A stretch of DNA of 64,000 nucleotides, taken from positions 1,237 to 65,236 of the forward strand of contig URFF01000002.1 in assembly GCA_900546995.1 (NCBI GenBank), read 5' to 3'. The notes below the pieces were generated by a model. The model searched no databases and was not told where the DNA came from. It worked only from the letters and a program-made list of their open reading frames with translations. Shown piece by piece: positions 52,209 to 61,604 of this stretch. Position 1 is the first letter of the stretch, and each line of letters opens with the position of its first letter. Both the position numbers and the translations under genes were made by a program. The DNA comes from an uncultured Sutterella sp. GTDB taxonomy: Bacteria; Pseudomonadota; Gammaproteobacteria; Burkholderiales; Burkholderiaceae_F.

Positions 52209-52892
52209 CTAAATACTGGTGAGGCGGTACCCGACACCTCGAACACTTTCGATTCGAAGGTTGTCCTCGGCAAAGTCTGAGAGCTTATGCCGAACGCTGG
52301 AGATATGTACGTCGATGGCGCGGTCGTATTGACCGTGTGGTCGTCCCAACACTTCAGGGTAGATGATGGCTTTGGAAACCGGTTTGCCAGCATGTTTGGC
52401 TAAAAGTTTTAAAAGTGCGAATTCGGTTCCGGTTAAATTAAGGTGAGCGCCATTGACACTGGCGCTATTGTGCTGTTCATCAATGACAAGCGGTCCGACT
52501 TTAATCGGTTCTAGCGCTTGCAAACGTTTGCGTTCGCGATTTTGAGCTAATTCCTTAATTTGATTCAGAATGTTGACCAAAGGGGTCGGTAAGCGCAGAC
52601 ATTGTTCTTCGGGCAACGCGCAGCGGTGCAAAATTTTCTCGTCAAGATCAGAAGAGACGAGGGCCAAGACAGCCATATCAGGGTATTGACCCGAGAGGGT
52701 ATTGATGAGCGTGCAATCATTAGCGTTCGCTAAATCGATCACCGCAATTTCAAAGTTTGATTGCTTGCAGCATTCGATGGCGTCACTTAAAGAATAGACT
52801 GCACGGACTTCGTAAGCACAAAAAACTAAAAAATCCGCGAGCAAGGCTTCAAAGACGCTATCGTGATGAACGAGAAGAATTTTTGGCTGCAT
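52209..52892 (-). CDS. OmpR/CpxR-like winged-helix regulator with degenerate receiver
   Basis: LTGTEF...DRAIDVHIS...VRGVGY DNA-binding domain; receiver lacks acidic pair and Lys. Confidence 0.8.
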   Translation of the reverse strand: MQPKILLVHHDSVFEALLADFLVFCAYEVRAVYSLSDAIECCKQSNFEIAVIDLANANDCTLINTLSGQYPDMAVLALVSSDLDEKILHRCALPEEQCLRLPTPLVNILNQIKELAQNRERKRLQALEPIKVGPLVIDEQHNSASVNGAHLNLTGTEFALLKLLAKHAGKPVSKAIIYPEVLGRPHGQYDRAIDVHISSVRHKLSDFAEDNLRIESVRGVGYRLTSI

Positions 52893-53074
52893 AGAGGCGC
52901 CGATTAGCGAAAAATTTAAAGGAAACCGAATGATACAGGGATTCTAAAAAAAACTCACGGTCTCACGATTAAGTAGTACGGAGTATTTATTTTGTTTCAA
53001 TTTTGTACTTTTCGAGAGGACCGCTTTACATTAATTTCGTGCAAACTTACAGTGAGAACGATTTTTATTTTGCT

Positions 53075-54481
53075 ATGAAAACGAGTCAAATTCCCCTATT
53101 GTTTGTACTGTCGGCGGCTCTTTTGAGTGGCTGCGCCGTTGCGCCGGTTGAAATGACCGCGCAGCAAAAGTCAGTGATTCCTTCGCAGTGGAGTCAAGGC
53201 GAGGGATTGCCGCAAAAGCAAGTGCTTCGTGTCGCCCCAAAAGAGTGGTGGGCCAGTTGGCAGGATACGACTTTAAACGAACTTGTCGCCAAGACGTTGG
53301 ATAACAATACGGATATTGCGACGGCGCGTGCTAATTTGAGATCGGCAATGGCTGCATTAAGCGGCGCAACTTCTTCATTATTCCCGAGCGCTACGCTAGG
53401 TGCTGATGGCAGCCGCAATCGTCGAAACGGTTCTTCAAGTGAGAGTTTTGGTGCGGATGCCTCTGCGAGTTGGACTTTTAGCTTCGGAGGACGCGATGTC
53501 TCGGCAAGACGCGCCGCCCAAGCGAGCGCCCATGCTTCAGAGCTGACCTTGGAAGATACAAAAAGCGCGATGACTAGCGAAGTGGCACTAACTTATGTGC
53601 AACTTCGTTTGGCTCAAACCCGTATGCAAATTGCTCTACAGAGCGAAAAGTCTTACAAGGAAGCGATGGATTTGACGCAATGGCGCTATGAGGCAGGGCT
53701 TGTCTCAGCAACGGATTATGAGCAAGCGATTGCGCAGTATGAAAACGCCAGAGCATCCATTGCGACGACCCATCACAACATTTTGCAATATCAAACGGCT
53801 CTGTCGCGACTGACTGTTTTACCTTTAGCGACAATTCAGGCCTTGCCCGATGGTCCGATCCCTGTGCCACCCGAAAATCTCGCTGTTGCCATTCCTGCCG
53901 ATGTGTTGTCTTTGCGTCCTGATGTGCAAGCCGCAAGAGAATCTGTGCGGGCCGCGATGGAAAATGTTCGTGTTGCGCAAGCGGACTTTTTGCCGAGTTT
54001 ATCTTTAACCGGAACCATTGGTACGGCTGCGGCGACGGTAGGGGCTTTAGGCAGTAGCGGTACCGGAATCGGTGCGTTGGTCGGCGCCCTTTCCATGCCG
54101 TTTTTGAATTGGGGTGATGCAATCGAAGCGACAGAAACTCAAAAAGCCAACTTGGATCGCGCTCAGGCTGACTATACCGCAACATTAGTCGGAGCTTTGG
54201 AAGAAACGGAAAATGCGCTTTCGGGTATTCGGGCAAGCGCCGCGAAAAAAGCCTCTCTTCATAAAGCAACGCAAAGCAGTCAACTTGCGGCGCAATTGGC
54301 ACTACAGCAATACTCAAGCGGTTTGGAAGATTATCAAACGGTATTGACAACGCAGCGCTCTCTATTGGATGCACAAGACAGTGAAGCAAGCAATCGGGCC
54401 GATTGGGCAATCGCTCATATCGATTTGTACAGAGCATTAGGTGGCGGATGGATGCCGCCAGCCGAACAGGAAAGGAATTAG
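53075..54481 (+). CDS. Outer membrane efflux lipoprotein (TolC/NodT family)
   Basis: Lipobox LSGC, RPDV, LYRALGGGW. Confidence 0.9.
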   Translation: MKTSQIPLLFVLSAALLSGCAVAPVEMTAQQKSVIPSQWSQGEGLPQKQVLRVAPKEWWASWQDTTLNELVAKTLDNNTDIATARANLRSAMAALSGATSSLFPSATLGADGSRNRRNGSSSESFGADASASWTFSFGGRDVSARRAAQASAHASELTLEDTKSAMTSEVALTYVQLRLAQTRMQIALQSEKSYKEAMDLTQWRYEAGLVSATDYEQAIAQYENARASIATTHHNILQYQTALSRLTVLPLATIQALPDGPIPVPPENLAVAIPADVLSLRPDVQAARESVRAAMENVRVAQADFLPSLSLTGTIGTAAATVGALGSSGTGIGALVGALSMPFLNWGDAIEATETQKANLDRAQADYTATLVGALEETENALSGIRASAAKKASLHKATQSSQLAAQLALQQYSSGLEDYQTVLTTQRSLLDAQDSEASNRADWAIAHIDLYRALGGGWMPPAEQERN

Positions 54482-54485
54482 GTCT

Positions 54486-55760
54486 ATGACAAACGAGAAA
54501 GAAGCGATTAAAAACTTGTTGGGCGAGGCGCAACCCAAAACCTGGTCAATGAGGAAAAAGATGGTGGCAGGCGTTGTGGCCGTTGTCGTCATTTCCGCCT
54601 TTTCCTGGTGGATGGGCTCTAAGGAGGCGGGCCCCCGCTATTTGACAGAGTCTATCTCCAGAGGGAACCTGGTTGTCAACGTGACAGCAAACGGTACGTT
54701 GGAAGCTGAGCGAGAGGTCACCATTGGCTCTGAACTATCCGGCATCGTTGAAAATGTTCTGGTTGACGTCAACGATACGATTAAGCGTGGTCAGGTGCTC
54801 ATCGAACTGGATACGGCTAATTTACAGGCCACGGTCTTAAAAGCCAAGGCAGCTTTAGCGAGTGCACAAGCCACCAAAAAAGAGGCCGAGGCCACGCTAG
54901 TGGAAGCCAATGCCAAATATCAGCGCCTACTAAACGTGAGAAAGCTTTCTGGCGGAAAGACTCCGGCTCAAACAGAGATTGATGAACAGGCTGCTGTAGT
55001 GGCACGTGCCGAAGCGTCAGTTGAAACGGCAAAGGCTCAAATTCAAAATGCCGAGGCGGAACTGGAAACGGCCAATACCGACTTAACGAAAGCCTATATT
55101 TCATCACCCATCGATGGCGTGGTTCTGGCTCGTTCGGTTGAGCCGGGTTATGCTGTGGCGGCCTCTTTGCAAGCCGTTGAACTCTTAACGATTGCAAGTG
55201 ACTTGAGAACCTTGGAGTTGGAAATCGATGTCGACGAGGCCGATGTCAGCATGGTCAAACCCGGTCAGAAGGCAACCTTCACGGTGAGCGCCTATCCCAA
55301 TAAGAATTTTCCCGCGACGCTCACCAAAGTGGCCTATGGTCCCGATAAAACCGAGGAAACCACCAATGTGGTGACCTATACTGCTTATCTTACGGTTGCC
55401 AATAATGATCTGCTCTTGCGCCCAGGAATGACGGCAACGGCACGCATTGTCACTGAAAGTCGCGACAACGTGTTACTGGTGCCCAATACGGCGTTGAGGT
55501 TTGTGCCTAGTGTGTCGGTGGGGTCAAGTGCTGTGAGCAGTTTGATGATGGGACCGCCTCGAAGCAACAATAAAAAGTCCAATGATGTCGGAGGGGCCGC
55601 GGCTCAAAGACAAAGCACGGTTTGGGTATTGCGTGGCAATAACGCCGAGCAGCTTTCGATTATCACGGGAGCAAGCGACGGAACAAAGACCGAAGTCATT
55701 TCTGGTGACTTGAAAGAGGGTGATTTGGTGATTACGAGTCAATTAAAGGCAGGCTCCTAA
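54486..55760 (+). CDS. Efflux periplasmic adaptor (MacA-like)
   Basis: N-terminal TM, SPIDG, VDEADV, LRPGMTA, VPNTAL. Confidence 0.88.
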   Translation: MTNEKEAIKNLLGEAQPKTWSMRKKMVAGVVAVVVISAFSWWMGSKEAGPRYLTESISRGNLVVNVTANGTLEAEREVTIGSELSGIVENVLVDVNDTIKRGQVLIELDTANLQATVLKAKAALASAQATKKEAEATLVEANAKYQRLLNVRKLSGGKTPAQTEIDEQAAVVARAEASVETAKAQIQNAEAELETANTDLTKAYISSPIDGVVLARSVEPGYAVAASLQAVELLTIASDLRTLELEIDVDEADVSMVKPGQKATFTVSAYPNKNFPATLTKVAYGPDKTEETTNVVTYTAYLTVANNDLLLRPGMTATARIVTESRDNVLLVPNTALRFVPSVSVGSSAVSSLMMGPPRSNNKKSNDVGGAAAQRQSTVWVLRGNNAEQLSIITGASDGTKTEVISGDLKEGDLVITSQLKAGS

Positions 55761-55770
55761 GGAGACACTT

Positions 55771-56478
55771 ATGACTCAAAAGCAAAGCCTTGTACAGTTA
55801 ATTGACATTCACAAGCGCTATGGTCATGGCGAGGCGGCATTTTACGCACTGCAGGGGGTTAATTTTCAAATTGAGGAGGGTGACTTCGTGGCGGTCATGG
55901 GCCCTTCAGGGTCCGGTAAATCCACCTGCATGAATATTGTCGGGGCGCTTGATACGCCGACTTCGGGCCAGTACCTTTACCGTGGGGTTCATGTTGAGTT
56001 GATGACTCAAAATGAACGGGCGCTTTTACGAAGGAAATATTTCGGTTTTATTTTCCAAGGGTTTAATCTATTGCCACGCACAACGGCTCTGGAAAATGTT
56101 GAGTTACCGCTTCTTTATCGTGGTGTTGCCCGTGAGGAGCGTCATCGTTTGGCACGTCAGGCGCTTGATCGGGTCGGTCTTTTGCGTTGGGAAAATCACA
56201 CGCCAGGTGAACTGTCAGGCGGTCAACAACAGCGAGTGGCGATCGCCAGAGCGATTGTGTCTCGCCCTGAATTGCTTTTGGCTGATGAACCGACCGGCAG
56301 CTTGGATACCAAACGAAGCATTGAGATCATGCAGTTACTCAGGGACCTGAATGAGCAAGACGGGATCACTGTGGCACTGGTTACCCATGAACCCGATATG
56401 GCTCAATTTGCCAAGCGTATTGTGCACTTCAGGGACGGCAATATTGAATTGAGTCAGGGAGCCGGTCATGTGGGGTAA
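55771..56478 (+). CDS. ABC ATPase (MacB/LolD-like)
   Basis: [23 protein letters not shown]. Confidence 0.9.
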   Translation: MTQKQSLVQLIDIHKRYGHGEAAFYALQGVNFQIEEGDFVAVMGPSGSGKSTCMNIVGALDTPTSGQYLYRGVHVELMTQNERALLRRKYFGFIFQGFNLLPRTTALENVELPLLYRGVAREERHRLARQALDRVGLLRWENHTPGELSGGQQQRVAIARAIVSRPELLLADEPTGSLDTKRSIEIMQLLRDLNEQDGITVALVTHEPDMAQFAKRIVHFRDGNIELSQGAGHVG

Positions 56479-57673
56479 TGCGTTTTTATTGGCTTTGCGA
56501 CAAATTCGCCGTAATCCGATGCGTTCACTGCTGACGGTGCTGGGGATTGTCATTGGGGTGGCGGCGGTTATCACGATGGTGACCGTCGGCAATGGCGCGA
56601 CACAAGCCGTGCGTGAACAGATTGAAAGTTTGGGCAGCAATCAGCTTATGATTCGACCGGGGCAACGCATGGGACCGGGCGGAGCCGCCGGTGCCATTTC
56701 TTTTAAGTTGGAAGATGTGGATGCGATTGCCAATCAAATTGCCGGCATTCGTGCCGTTGCTCCGCAACGCTCCACCACCATGACGGTGGTCGCTCAAGGA
56801 CGAAATTGGTCGACTCAGGTGATTGGAAGCTCCAATCAATACTTCATTTTGGACAATCGTCAGCTAAGGGCCGGGCGCTACTTTGAAGTGCAGGAAGAAG
56901 CCTCCGGGGCGGCGGTTTGTGTCATTGGAACCACCATTCAGAAGGAAATTTTCGGTCAGGTCAATCCGGTGGGCGAGATGTTAAGGACCGGGAAATTTTC
57001 CTGTCGAATCGTTGGGGTCTTGGAAAGCAAAGGGCAGGCGGCAATCGGCGGTGACCAAGATGATTTAGTGGTGATGCCGATAACGACCTTTCAGCGACGG
57101 GTTTCCGGTAATAGTCGGGTTTCTGCCATTTTGATTTCAGTGGATTCGCAAATTGACCGCCAGATGTTAACCGAAAGTTTGCGAAGCCTGATGCGTGAAA
57201 GGCGTTCTTTATCGGATACCGATGCCGATAACTTCATGATTTTGGATACCGAAGAAATCGCCCGACGCGTATCAAGTACGACGGAAATTATGACGATGTT
57301 ATTGGGCGCGGTGGCAGCGGTCAGTTTGATTGTGGGCGGCATTGGCATCATGAACATTATGCTTGTCAGCGTGACGGAAAGAACTCGGGAAATCGGGGTA
57401 CGGTTGGCGATCGGTGCGATGGCTCGGGAAGTCTTGATGCAATTTTTGATTGAAGCGGTCGTGCTTGGCGCCATGGGGGGCGTGATCGGTGTTTTAATTG
57501 CTTTTGTGGGCTCGATTGTTTTATCGCATCTGATGAACATTCCCTTTATTTTCAATCCGGGAATCAATATGATTGCCTTCGGCTTCGCGGCATTGACGGG
57601 TATCATTTTCGGGTATTTCCCAGCTCGCCGTGCGGCTCAGTTGGATCCAATTGAGGCAGTAAGACACGAATGA
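56468..57673 (+). CDS. ABC permease (MacB-like)
   Basis: RSLLTVLGIVIGV, GGIGIMNIMLVSVTERTREIG. Confidence 0.92.
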   Translation: MWGNAFLLALRQIRRNPMRSLLTVLGIVIGVAAVITMVTVGNGATQAVREQIESLGSNQLMIRPGQRMGPGGAAGAISFKLEDVDAIANQIAGIRAVAPQRSTTMTVVAQGRNWSTQVIGSSNQYFILDNRQLRAGRYFEVQEEASGAAVCVIGTTIQKEIFGQVNPVGEMLRTGKFSCRIVGVLESKGQAAIGGDQDDLVVMPITTFQRRVSGNSRVSAILISVDSQIDRQMLTESLRSLMRERRSLSDTDADNFMILDTEEIARRVSSTTEIMTMLLGAVAAVSLIVGGIGIMNIMLVSVTERTREIGVRLAIGAMAREVLMQFLIEAVVLGAMGGVIGVLIAFVGSIVLSHLMNIPFIFNPGINMIAFGFAALTGIIFGYFPARRAAQLDPIEAVRHE

Positions 57674-58605
57674 TTAAGAATTGTTTGGCCATTTTGGCGT
57701 TACTTTTTTCTCTAACGGTGGCAGCAGCTGACTATCCAAAGGTCTTGAATATCACCTATGTGAAGGCTCCTTTTAATATCCAGAACATGGTGATGAAAGA
57801 GCAGGGGCTTTTGGAGAAGGAATTTCAAGCCGAAGGCATTCAAATTCATTGGATTCCGATCAAGGCTGGATTAAACCAGGTTCGTGGCATGGCTGCTGGC
57901 GAAATTGACATGGTCTCCGCCATGAATACCAGCACCTTGTTGATTGCCAACTCCGTGGGAAACCGAATTGTCATCGTTGACGGGGTTGCACATCCTGATA
58001 ATACCTTTGCGTTGGTAGCAAAACCCGCTGTGGCGAAAAGTGTCGCCGAACTGAAAGGCAAGCGTGTGGTAGGCCCCAAGGGGACTGTGCTGCATCACAT
58101 GCTTTTAGCCTCGTTGGTTCAAAACGACTTGTCGATGAAAGACGTTGATTTTGTTTCCATGAATTTACCCGCATCGCTTACGACACTTTTAAGCGGTCGA
58201 GCCGATGCGGCGTTAGTGGCTGCCGGAGGTTTATTAAAGGCGCAATCAGAGGGTTACGAGCCCATTGTGAAGGCTAAAGGTCTCATTGGGACAAACCTTG
58301 TTTTAGCCGCACGGGCGGATTTTGCCCAGCTCTATCCAGAAGTGGTAAGCCGAGTGGCTAAAGTCAACCGTGAGGCTTTGGCTTGGGCACAGAATCACCG
58401 GGATGAAGCGGTGGCATTGGGCGCAAAAGCGCACGGCATTTCGATTTCTGAGGCTCAACAACTATTCGATTGGTCTGGGTTTTACGCGGATTTGACTGAA
58501 GAAGATGTGAAGGCGCTCGAAGAGAGTCAAGCGTTTCTCTTATCGGAAAAAATGATGACTCAGCCTGTGGACGTTCACTCGTTATTTTGGCCAAAGGCAC
58601 CTTAA
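57670..58605 (+). CDS. SsuA/NrtA-like ABC substrate-binding protein
   Basis: Signal peptide, ITYVKAPFN, LKGK.V.GPKGT; ATGA overlap with permease stop. Confidence 0.75.
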   Translation: MIKNCLAILALLFSLTVAAADYPKVLNITYVKAPFNIQNMVMKEQGLLEKEFQAEGIQIHWIPIKAGLNQVRGMAAGEIDMVSAMNTSTLLIANSVGNRIVIVDGVAHPDNTFALVAKPAVAKSVAELKGKRVVGPKGTVLHHMLLASLVQNDLSMKDVDFVSMNLPASLTTLLSGRADAALVAAGGLLKAQSEGYEPIVKAKGLIGTNLVLAARADFAQLYPEVVSRVAKVNREALAWAQNHRDEAVALGAKAHGISISEAQQLFDWSGFYADLTEEDVKALEESQAFLLSEKMMTQPVDVHSLFWPKAP

Positions 58606-58608
58606 CAG

Positions 58609-58643
58609 AAAAAATCCCGCACCAACTGATTGATGCGGGATTT
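58609..58643. terminator. Bidirectional terminator
   Basis: AAATCCCGCA...TGCGGGATTT between convergent genes. Confidence 0.65.
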
Positions 58644-58662
58644 GTCTTAAAGACTCAACCGA

Positions 58663-59334
58663 TTAGTTTTCACGCGTTGTAGCGATCAAACCACGACGAG
58701 CAGCCCAAGTCCAGGGGGTCTTGAGCCATTCTTCAATCACGGCTTTTTGTTCTTCAGAAATCACACCCATGGTCACTGCTTTGGCCACAATGCGCTTGAA
58801 TTCAATCATGCGGTGAGCTTGGATGCCGGCGTCTTTGAAGAGTTCGGCGGTTTCGCTCATGTCAAAGTTCGTGATGCTCACGCAATCGGTGACGATGGCG
58901 CCTTCTTCGCGAAGCGTTTTGATCGCATCAAGGCAAGATAAGCCCGTGGAAATATGGTCTTCGATAATCAATACGCGCAAGCCCTTGACGCTACCGCCTT
59001 CAATACGGTCGAGATCGCCGTAGGTTTTGGCGCGTTGGCGCACATAAATCATCGGGCAATTTAAACGATAGGCCAATGCGGCGCTGTGGGTTAAACCACC
59101 GGCGTCCACACCGGCGATCATGTCGTACTTCAAGCCCCAAGCGTCAATTAAGGAGGCCATGGTTTCGATCACATCGTGCCAAGCGTCCGGATGAGTGATC
59201 AATTTGCGGTTATCCACATAAATCGGCGTAACCAAGCCGGACTTCAAGCGAAGCGGTTCTTCGGTTAAGAAAGCCACTGCGTTTAACGAGAGCAGGTTTT
59301 CGATCAGAATGTTTTCAGCAAGCATAGACGGCAT
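58663..59334 (-). CDS. pyrE: Orotate phosphoribosyltransferase-like protein
   Basis: LKSG..PIYVDNR, YVR..K.YG...IEG, PRPP loop IIEDHISTG; SD GAGGAG before ATG 59334. Confidence 0.7.
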   Translation of the reverse strand: MPSMLAENILIENLLSLNAVAFLTEEPLRLKSGLVTPIYVDNRKLITHPDAWHDVIETMASLIDAWGLKYDMIAGVDAGGLTHSAALAYRLNCPMIYVRQRAKTYGDLDRIEGGSVKGLRVLIIEDHISTGLSCLDAIKTLREEGAIVTDCVSITNFDMSETAELFKDAGIQAHRMIEFKRIVAKAVTMGVISEEQKAVIEEWLKTPWTWAARRGLIATTREN

Positions 59335-59351
59335 GTTTGTTTCTCCTCTCA

Positions 59352-60362
59352 TTATTTCTTAGCCAACGGGGCATACGGTTCAATACCGAGGGCCATGCGG
59401 CCGTTGCGGGTGGCAATTTCCACTAAATCTTCGAATTGGTCATAACGGCAGCCGGTGGCCATCAACGTGAGTTCATGCCACATATCGCCGCCATTCCAAG
59501 GCACCATGGCGTCAGCAACGTTGTCAACACCAATTGCCACGCGAACACCGGCCGGAACCAATTCGTCGACCGGGGTCATGGAGTTATGCAACGGTCCCAC
59601 CGCTTCAGTACGCGGGGTGTCGATCCAGGCGGTCGGGCAGGCGATCATCATCACACCGGCTTCACGCATGAGCTCGTAGAGGCGTTGGCGATACTTCTTG
59701 GAGTGAGCGGCGATGGAAATACCGTGCACGCCGACCACGCGACCTTGAAGACCGAATTCGATGGTCTTTAAGCACATTTGTTCCGTTTCGTATTCCACGG
59801 CTTGGTTGAATTGGTCAACGTGGGCGTGGACCATCTTGCCTTGCTCTTTGGCCGTGCCCATGATGATGTTCCAAGCTTCGTCAGCCTTGCCATAGTCGCG
59901 TTCGTCACGCTTCGGTAAGGCACCGATGATGTCAACGAGTTCGGCACCGATATCGAACCACTTGCGGGCTTCGGGTTCAATCACGCCTTTTAAGGTTTGA
60001 TTGGCAAACTTCACCGTGATTTGATCCTTATAGTGTTCACGAGCCTTCATACCGGCGATGATGGCGCGGTCTTCACTTTGCGGGTCAATGTCAACGAACG
60101 TGCAAAGGCCCGTAACGCCTTGGCTGATCATCAGCTCGAACATGGTCGAGAAACGGGCATAAAAATCTTCAACGGTTGATTCGCGTTTCAGACGGTCCAA
60201 AGCGTCCCACTTTTGCTGCAACGTGCAGGTACGACGCATTTCCATGATTTCCGGGCTCAACGTGAAGGAACGGTCAGCGTGAGCGTGCGTATTGACCCAG
60301 CCACCGTTGGCCTTAATCATCGGCTCCAACATGGCACGGACGGTATTCGGTGTTGCGTTCAT
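59352..60362 (-). CDS. Metal-dependent amidohydrolase, cytosine-deaminase-like
   Basis: HxH (NTHAHAD), HVDQ, VHG, CPT, GVDN motifs. Confidence 0.8.
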   Translation of the reverse strand: MNATPNTVRAMLEPMIKANGGWVNTHAHADRSFTLSPEIMEMRRTCTLQQKWDALDRLKRESTVEDFYARFSTMFELMISQGVTGLCTFVDIDPQSEDRAIIAGMKAREHYKDQITVKFANQTLKGVIEPEARKWFDIGAELVDIIGALPKRDERDYGKADEAWNIIMGTAKEQGKMVHAHVDQFNQAVEYETEQMCLKTIEFGLQGRVVGVHGISIAAHSKKYRQRLYELMREAGVMMIACPTAWIDTPRTEAVGPLHNSMTPVDELVPAGVRVAIGVDNVADAMVPWNGGDMWHELTLMATGCRYDQFEDLVEIATRNGRMALGIEPYAPLAKK

Positions 60363-60401
60363 TGCTCTCTCTCTAAAAGTTGGTTAATCACAAGACGGCC
60401 T

Positions 60402-60435
60402 AAAAAAACGGCAATCCTCAAAAAGGATTGCCGTT
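60402..60435 (-). terminator. Intrinsic terminator/attenuator in 5' leader of amidohydrolase-pyrE operon
   Basis: AACGGCAATCCT-TTTTG-AGGATTGCCGTT followed by T run, about 40 nt before the ATG. Confidence 0.8.
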
Positions 60436-60510
60436 AAAAAATACATCCCCCGTCGCTTTATACAAAGCGGCTCGTTCGCGTCGTGCTCGGGCGTGTACGG
60501 AGGAATACAT
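60418..60510 (-). CDS. Putative leader peptide MYSSVHARARRERAALYKATGDVFFNGNPF (30 aa)
   Basis: ATG with upstream AAGGTG; TGA falls in the terminator loop/3' stem; below ORF-track cutoff. Confidence 0.5.
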   Translation of the reverse strand: MYSSVHARARRERAALYKATGDVFFNGNPF

Positions 60511-60709
60511 AAAGTTCACCTTGACCCTTACGGGTTAAAAACACATTAACCCGTCATTTTATCCCAAAAGATGGTTAAATTTCCAGGTTTTGTTTGATTT
60601 AATTTTTTGGATATTCAAATAGATTTTTTAAAACAAACAGATAACCAATCCATACCAAGTATAAAGTGCTTCTCAAGTAGAGACAAATCTCGAGCTAAAT
60701 CGAGCAAAC

Positions 60710-60740
60710 AAAAAAACCTGCCGACAGGCGACAGGTTTTT
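60710..60740 (-). terminator. Terminator after ssb
   Basis: Minus strand ACCTGTCG-loop-CGGCAGGT followed by T run. Confidence 0.7.
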
Positions 60741-60759
60741 CATACGAGCTCGATCTTCT

Positions 60760-61260
60760 TTAGAAGGGGATATCTTCGTCCAAGTTATCCAAGCTACCGC
60801 CAACTGGAGAAGGAATGGATTCGGTGTGGCGTTGTTGATAGTTCGCAGCCGGAGCGTGTTCCGTGTGAGCTGGAGCCGGACGACGCGGAGCCGATTCAAA
60901 ACCACCGGCCGGTGCATCGGTACGTTCACGAGAACCAAGCATTTGCATGGATTCGGCAATGATTTCCGTGGAGTAGCGATCTTGTCCATCCGGACCTTGC
61001 CACTTACGGGTGCGTAAACGACCTTCCACATAAACGGGGCGGCCCTTACGGAGGTATTCTGCAGCGATTTCAGCTTGGCGACCGAAGAAAACGACACGGT
61101 GCCATTCCGTTTCTTCTTGCGGTTGACCGTTCGAATCCTTATAGCGACGCGAAGTGGCGACCGTGATCGTGGTGATTGCCGTACCGCCTTCGGCCGTGTA
61201 GCGGGTATCCGGGTCTCTTCCCAAATTACCAATAATGATGACTTTATTGACTGAAGCCAT
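60760..61260 (-). CDS. ssb: Single-stranded DNA-binding protein
   Basis: [19 protein letters not shown]-terminal DEDIPF. Confidence 0.97.
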   Translation of the reverse strand: MASVNKVIIIGNLGRDPDTRYTAEGGTAITTITVATSRRYKDSNGQPQEETEWHRVVFFGRQAEIAAEYLRKGRPVYVEGRLRTRKWQGPDGQDRYSTEIIAESMQMLGSRERTDAPAGGFESAPRRPAPAHTEHAPAANYQQRHTESIPSPVGGSLDNLDEDIPF

Positions 61261-61604
61261 AATCTTTCATTCCCAAAAACTTGATGCCGATATAAGGGGC
61301 ATCGAATATACGCAACCCGAAAAAATCAATTCCGATCGTATGGATCGTTTGGTGGAATTTGATATCGCTTTCGGGAGCATATCGAAAATATGCTAGGCGT
61401 TATTTTGAAGTAACCGGAAGAAAAAATCCACAAAAAAGCGGATTTCCGTCCTATTGAGTGGCCAAACTAGCCGTTTAGTCCCACCGAGGTGTTTAGCTTT
61501 TCAGGATAACGTCTCGACGGTGTTGATTTGTTAACGTTTTTTGCCCGAATAAGTTGCTCAGAATACAATCCGATTGAACAGAAAAAATAGCGATTAAGGT
61601 CTGT

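Noticed and set aside
53574..54533. 319-aa minus-strand ORF
   Set aside because: Antisense to the TolC-family gene; composition not protein-like
60440..60510. Known riboswitch class (purine, TPP, ZTP) or PyrR site
   Set aside because: I could not find the conserved core sequences of these classes by eye; an Rfam search would be decisive
60607..61232. ORFs of 205 and 136 aa overlapping ssb
   Set aside because: Alternative-frame or antisense artefacts without motifs; they cross the ssb terminator
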